Position numbers and translations under genes: made by a program
Origin: Squalus acanthias
Taxonomy: Eukaryota
DNA length: 64,000 nucleotides
Direction of reading: 5' to 3'
NCBI GenBank assembly: GCA_030390025.1
Contig: CM059432.1
Coordinates: forward strand, 118,422,001 to 118,486,000
Notes under the pieces: generated by a model
The model's input: only the letters and a program-made list of their open reading frames with translations
What the model was told of the DNA's origin: nothing
Databases searched by the model: none
Shown here: positions 60,697 to 64,000 of the stretch, one piece after another
Position numbering within the stretch: the first letter of the stretch is position 1
Layout: each line of letters begins with the position of its first letter

Positions 60697-63460
60697 GGCT
60701 GAATTTTCCAGGGGGGTCAGTGGGCAGGATTGATGGTGGGTTGGGTGGGAAATTTAATTTTTTTTGACTGCAGGTCAGGAGCCCACGGTCAACCTGCCTT
60801 TCCCAATGGCACGTCTGTGCACTCAGATCCGACCCGCAGAGGCGGGCAGCCTAATTTAAACAATTATCTGGTTATTAACAGACCCTTAATACTTTTAACC
60901 TTCCCTTTTCACTTTAACTGCTCGCCCACAGGGTCCATGCTGCTCATGGATCAAATCAGTGAATTGGAGGCGGGAGATGAATTGCCATTGAATCAGCTGA
61001 TTAGTTGAAAGCTTGAAATGTGCTATAAAAAATCCCACCTCGCAGCTGTTCACTTTCTAAGCGCAGAAGCTGTTGCTTACTGCATTTGGAAGACTGAGCT
61101 TTATGCAGGCTGCAAGTGTTTGGAGCAAACTCTATCCAGTGTCACCTCATTGGAACAACCTCTCACCATTGACATTGCTTCTGTGATCTCAACTTCACCT
61201 GCCATCTAGTCCATCAGTATGGGTATTGTTTATACGGTATCACCTTGGTCCTCAGAATCTGACCATGATCAGCCCCAACAACACAACCAACCTTCTCAAT
61301 GCCTGATGCTGTACAGGAGAGAGGGCATCAGCACAGGGTATACAGGCAGAGGATGAGCTTCCTCAACATGACTGAGCAGCAGTGCCAAAGGAGACTCAGG
61401 CTATCGTGCCAGGTTGTTGCAGACATTCACATTGCTGGAAGAAGATCTGCAGCCCAGAGGAATGGGTGGGCACACCTTACTAGTGGCTCAGTCAACTGCA
61501 CCCTCAACTTCATGTCAGGCTCCTTCCAAGGACCTGCAGCAGACATTCATGTCATCTCACAGTCAGCCACCCACAGATGCATCACACAGGTCACCGATGC
61601 CCTCTGACAAGTCAGCCAATTATTTCAACTTTGCCACTGATTAAGCCACTGTTGCTGATCGTTCGCTCAGCTTTTCCACTCTGGCTGGCTTCCCATGGGT
61701 GCAGGGAGTCATTGACTGCAGACGTGGCCATCAGGGCACCCCATTATAACCGAGGAGCTTTTTGTCAACCGCAAGGGCTTCAATTCAATGTGAAGCTGGT
61801 CTGCAACCATAGGAAGATCATCATGCATGTGTGCACCAAGTTCCCTGGCTGCTGTCATGACTTGTCCTGCACCAGTCCACCCTCCCTCAGCTCTTTGCAC
61901 TTCCAAACAGACTTACCGGCTGGCTGCTTGGAGAAAAGGGCTATCCAATGAAAAAGTGGCTCATGACATCTTTGTGGAGGCCAAGCAATGAGGTTGAGGA
62001 ACATTATAATGAAAGGTACATCTCCACCAGATGTGTCAGAGCAGACAATAGGGTTGCTCAAAATGCAATTCAGATGCCTGGTCAGATCTGGAGGAGCCCT
62101 TCAGTACACACCAGCCAGGGTCTCCAGAATCATCATGGTCTGCTTCGTCCTTCACAACTTAGTGCAGCAGCGAGGATTAGCGTTGCATGAGGAACAAGGT
62201 GAAGAGCACACAGCCTCTTCAGAGGAGGAGCAGCATCAGGTGAAGAGGATGAGGAAGACCTAGAGGTCCAGATGCCACCAGTATGCAAGCATATTGCTGC
62301 CTGAGAGGCCAGGGATGGCCTCATCATGGCCAGATTTACTTAGCTTTACACAGCACAGCCATGTGGCTGGCACATGCGTCACCAGGTTGGCTACACCCCA
62401 CATCCACACCAGAAAACATCCCTACAATGACCAGTCCATTCTTTTCACAGTCACCACCATTGCTGAATCGTAAGATAGCCCTGACCGTTCAATCTGCGCA
62501 CAAATTTGTCAGAGACTGCAAACTTTTGAAAATAAATGATTTTACACAAAAGACTATTTCGAAGTAAACTTAATAATATTGAAGAAAACACCCAAGTTAC
62601 TACTTGTGTGGATTCTTTCGCTTCCGTGTGCTTCTATGTGGTGGTACCCCTGCGGCTTCAGTAGAGGTAAAGGCAGCCTGCTCATGTCCCTGCTGAGCCT
62701 GCTTAGATGCCTTTGGCAGTCATCCTCTTGGTTTTGGAGCCCATGAGGGCCCCGCCAAAGTCTGCTCCTCCTGCAACTGTGAAGGGGCAGACTCGGCCAT
62801 CGCTTCCTGGTGAGGCATCTGGGCCTCTGACCAAGGGGTTGGAGGTGGGAGGGGGTGGGAAGGGAGGAGAAGTGAGCACTTGGAGAGGAACCACTTCCAT
62901 GTCCCCTCTCACCATCATCCCTCCTGGTCCCTCACACTTCTCTGCTGGCAAGGAGCAGGAGAGCACCTTGCTGCACATCAATGGGGCCTTGAGGACCCAC
63001 ATCTACGCTGACTCTCCTAGAAAGGACATCTATGAGCCTCTGGCTTCTATACTCCATAGATGCCCATCTATCTTCCATAGACACCATATGCTTGTGCAAC
63101 TGGCGCATTAGGTCCGCCATGCAGGTGGCCATCCTATCCATGGAGGAACCTAGAGCCGTGATTGCCTGCGCCACGGTGGTGCTCATGTTGGAGCCAGACT
63201 CCGATTCTCTGAAAACTCGCAGTCACAAAATCTGTCAGAGCCTCCTGCACCACCCTCTTTCTGGATGACCGAGGCTCAGTGTCTGCATGCTGCTGAGCAG
63301 AGCTAGAGACTCCTGCACCCTCCGACAAGGAGTCTGCAGTGATCCTGTCTCCACCATCTGCTCTTGCATGCTGAGAGAGACACCATGTGACAACACTACT
63401 ATGTCGCGACGGCCCCACCGAAGTGAGTCTATCTGTGCTGGTGCTGGGTGGCCCTCAGGT
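60697..63460. mobile_element. Two-gene Harbinger (H4), decayed; relative of the parent of family B; probably continues beyond the CR1 insertion
   Basis: Left TIR GGCTGAATTTTCC. Transposase on + (~61220-62343) and Myb last-exon relic on - (~62620-63460). Confidence 0.85.
61220..62343 (+). pseudogene. Harbinger DDE transposase of H4
   Basis: [52 protein letters not shown], with multiple frameshifts. Confidence 0.85.
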
Positions 63461-63461
63461 G

Positions 63462-64000
63462 ACATAGAAACAAAGAAACATAGAAGATAGGAGCAGGAGT
63501 AGGCCATTCAGCCCCTCGAGCCTGCTCCGCCATTCAATGAGATCATGGCTGATCATCCAAATTCAGTACCCTGTCCCTGCCTTCTCTTAATATCCCTTGA
63601 TCCCTTTAGCTTTAAGAAATATATCTATCTTCTTCTTGAATATATTTAATGAATTGGCCTCTACTGCCTTCTCTGGTAGAGAATTCCATAGGTTCACCAC
63701 TCTCTCGGTGAAGAAATTCCTCCTCATCTCAGTCCTAAATGGCTTACCCCTTATCCTTAGACTGTGACCCCTGGTTCTGGACTCCCCGGCCATCGGGAAC
63801 ATCGTTCCTGCATCTAGTCTGTCTAGTCCTGTTAGAATTTTATAAGTTTCAACGAGATCCCCTCTCATTCTTCTAAACTCCGGCGAGTATAAGCCCAATC
63901 GACCCAATCTCTCCTCATACGTCATTCCTGCCATCCCAGGTATCGGCCTGGTGAATCTTCGCTGAACTCCCTCCATGGCAAGAACATCCTTCCTCAGATA
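63462..64000 (-). mobile_element. CR1 LINE 3' portion, running off the window
   Basis: ORF 63587-63976 (VQRRFTR..YEERL..RRNFFTERVV) plus 3' UTR and CTATGTTT-type tail. Confidence 0.9.

Overview
This is repeat-dominated vertebrate genomic DNA, most likely from a shark or other elasmobranch. That assignment is inferred from the HE1/V-SINE, SacSINE1/DeuSINE-like, LF-SINE-like, CR1 and Neptune-type Penelope repeats. No host gene could be confidently identified. The window holds about 14 PIF/Harbinger-type DNA transposons: two-gene elements with a convergent Myb/SANT gene and DDE transposase, internally deleted derivatives, and MITEs. Most have readable TIRs and 3-bp TSDs. It also holds four long (1.3-1.7 kb) TG..CA solo LTRs with TSDs, many CR1 LINE fragments, a Penelope-like element with a minimal hammerhead ribozyme motif, Vingi-like and L2/CR1-group LINE relics, SINEs and minisatellites. 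Four observations stand out. (1) One Harbinger keeps a fully open 3-exon, 458-aa Myb/SANT gene while its transposase is destroyed. (2) The Harbinger insertions share an extended target consensus. (3) Two different Harbinger families inserted at the same homologous position, the hammerhead cleavage triplet, of two Penelope terminal repeats. (4) A ~16.5 kb nest of transposons is up to six layers deep. All boundaries were read by eye; no alignments or searches were run.
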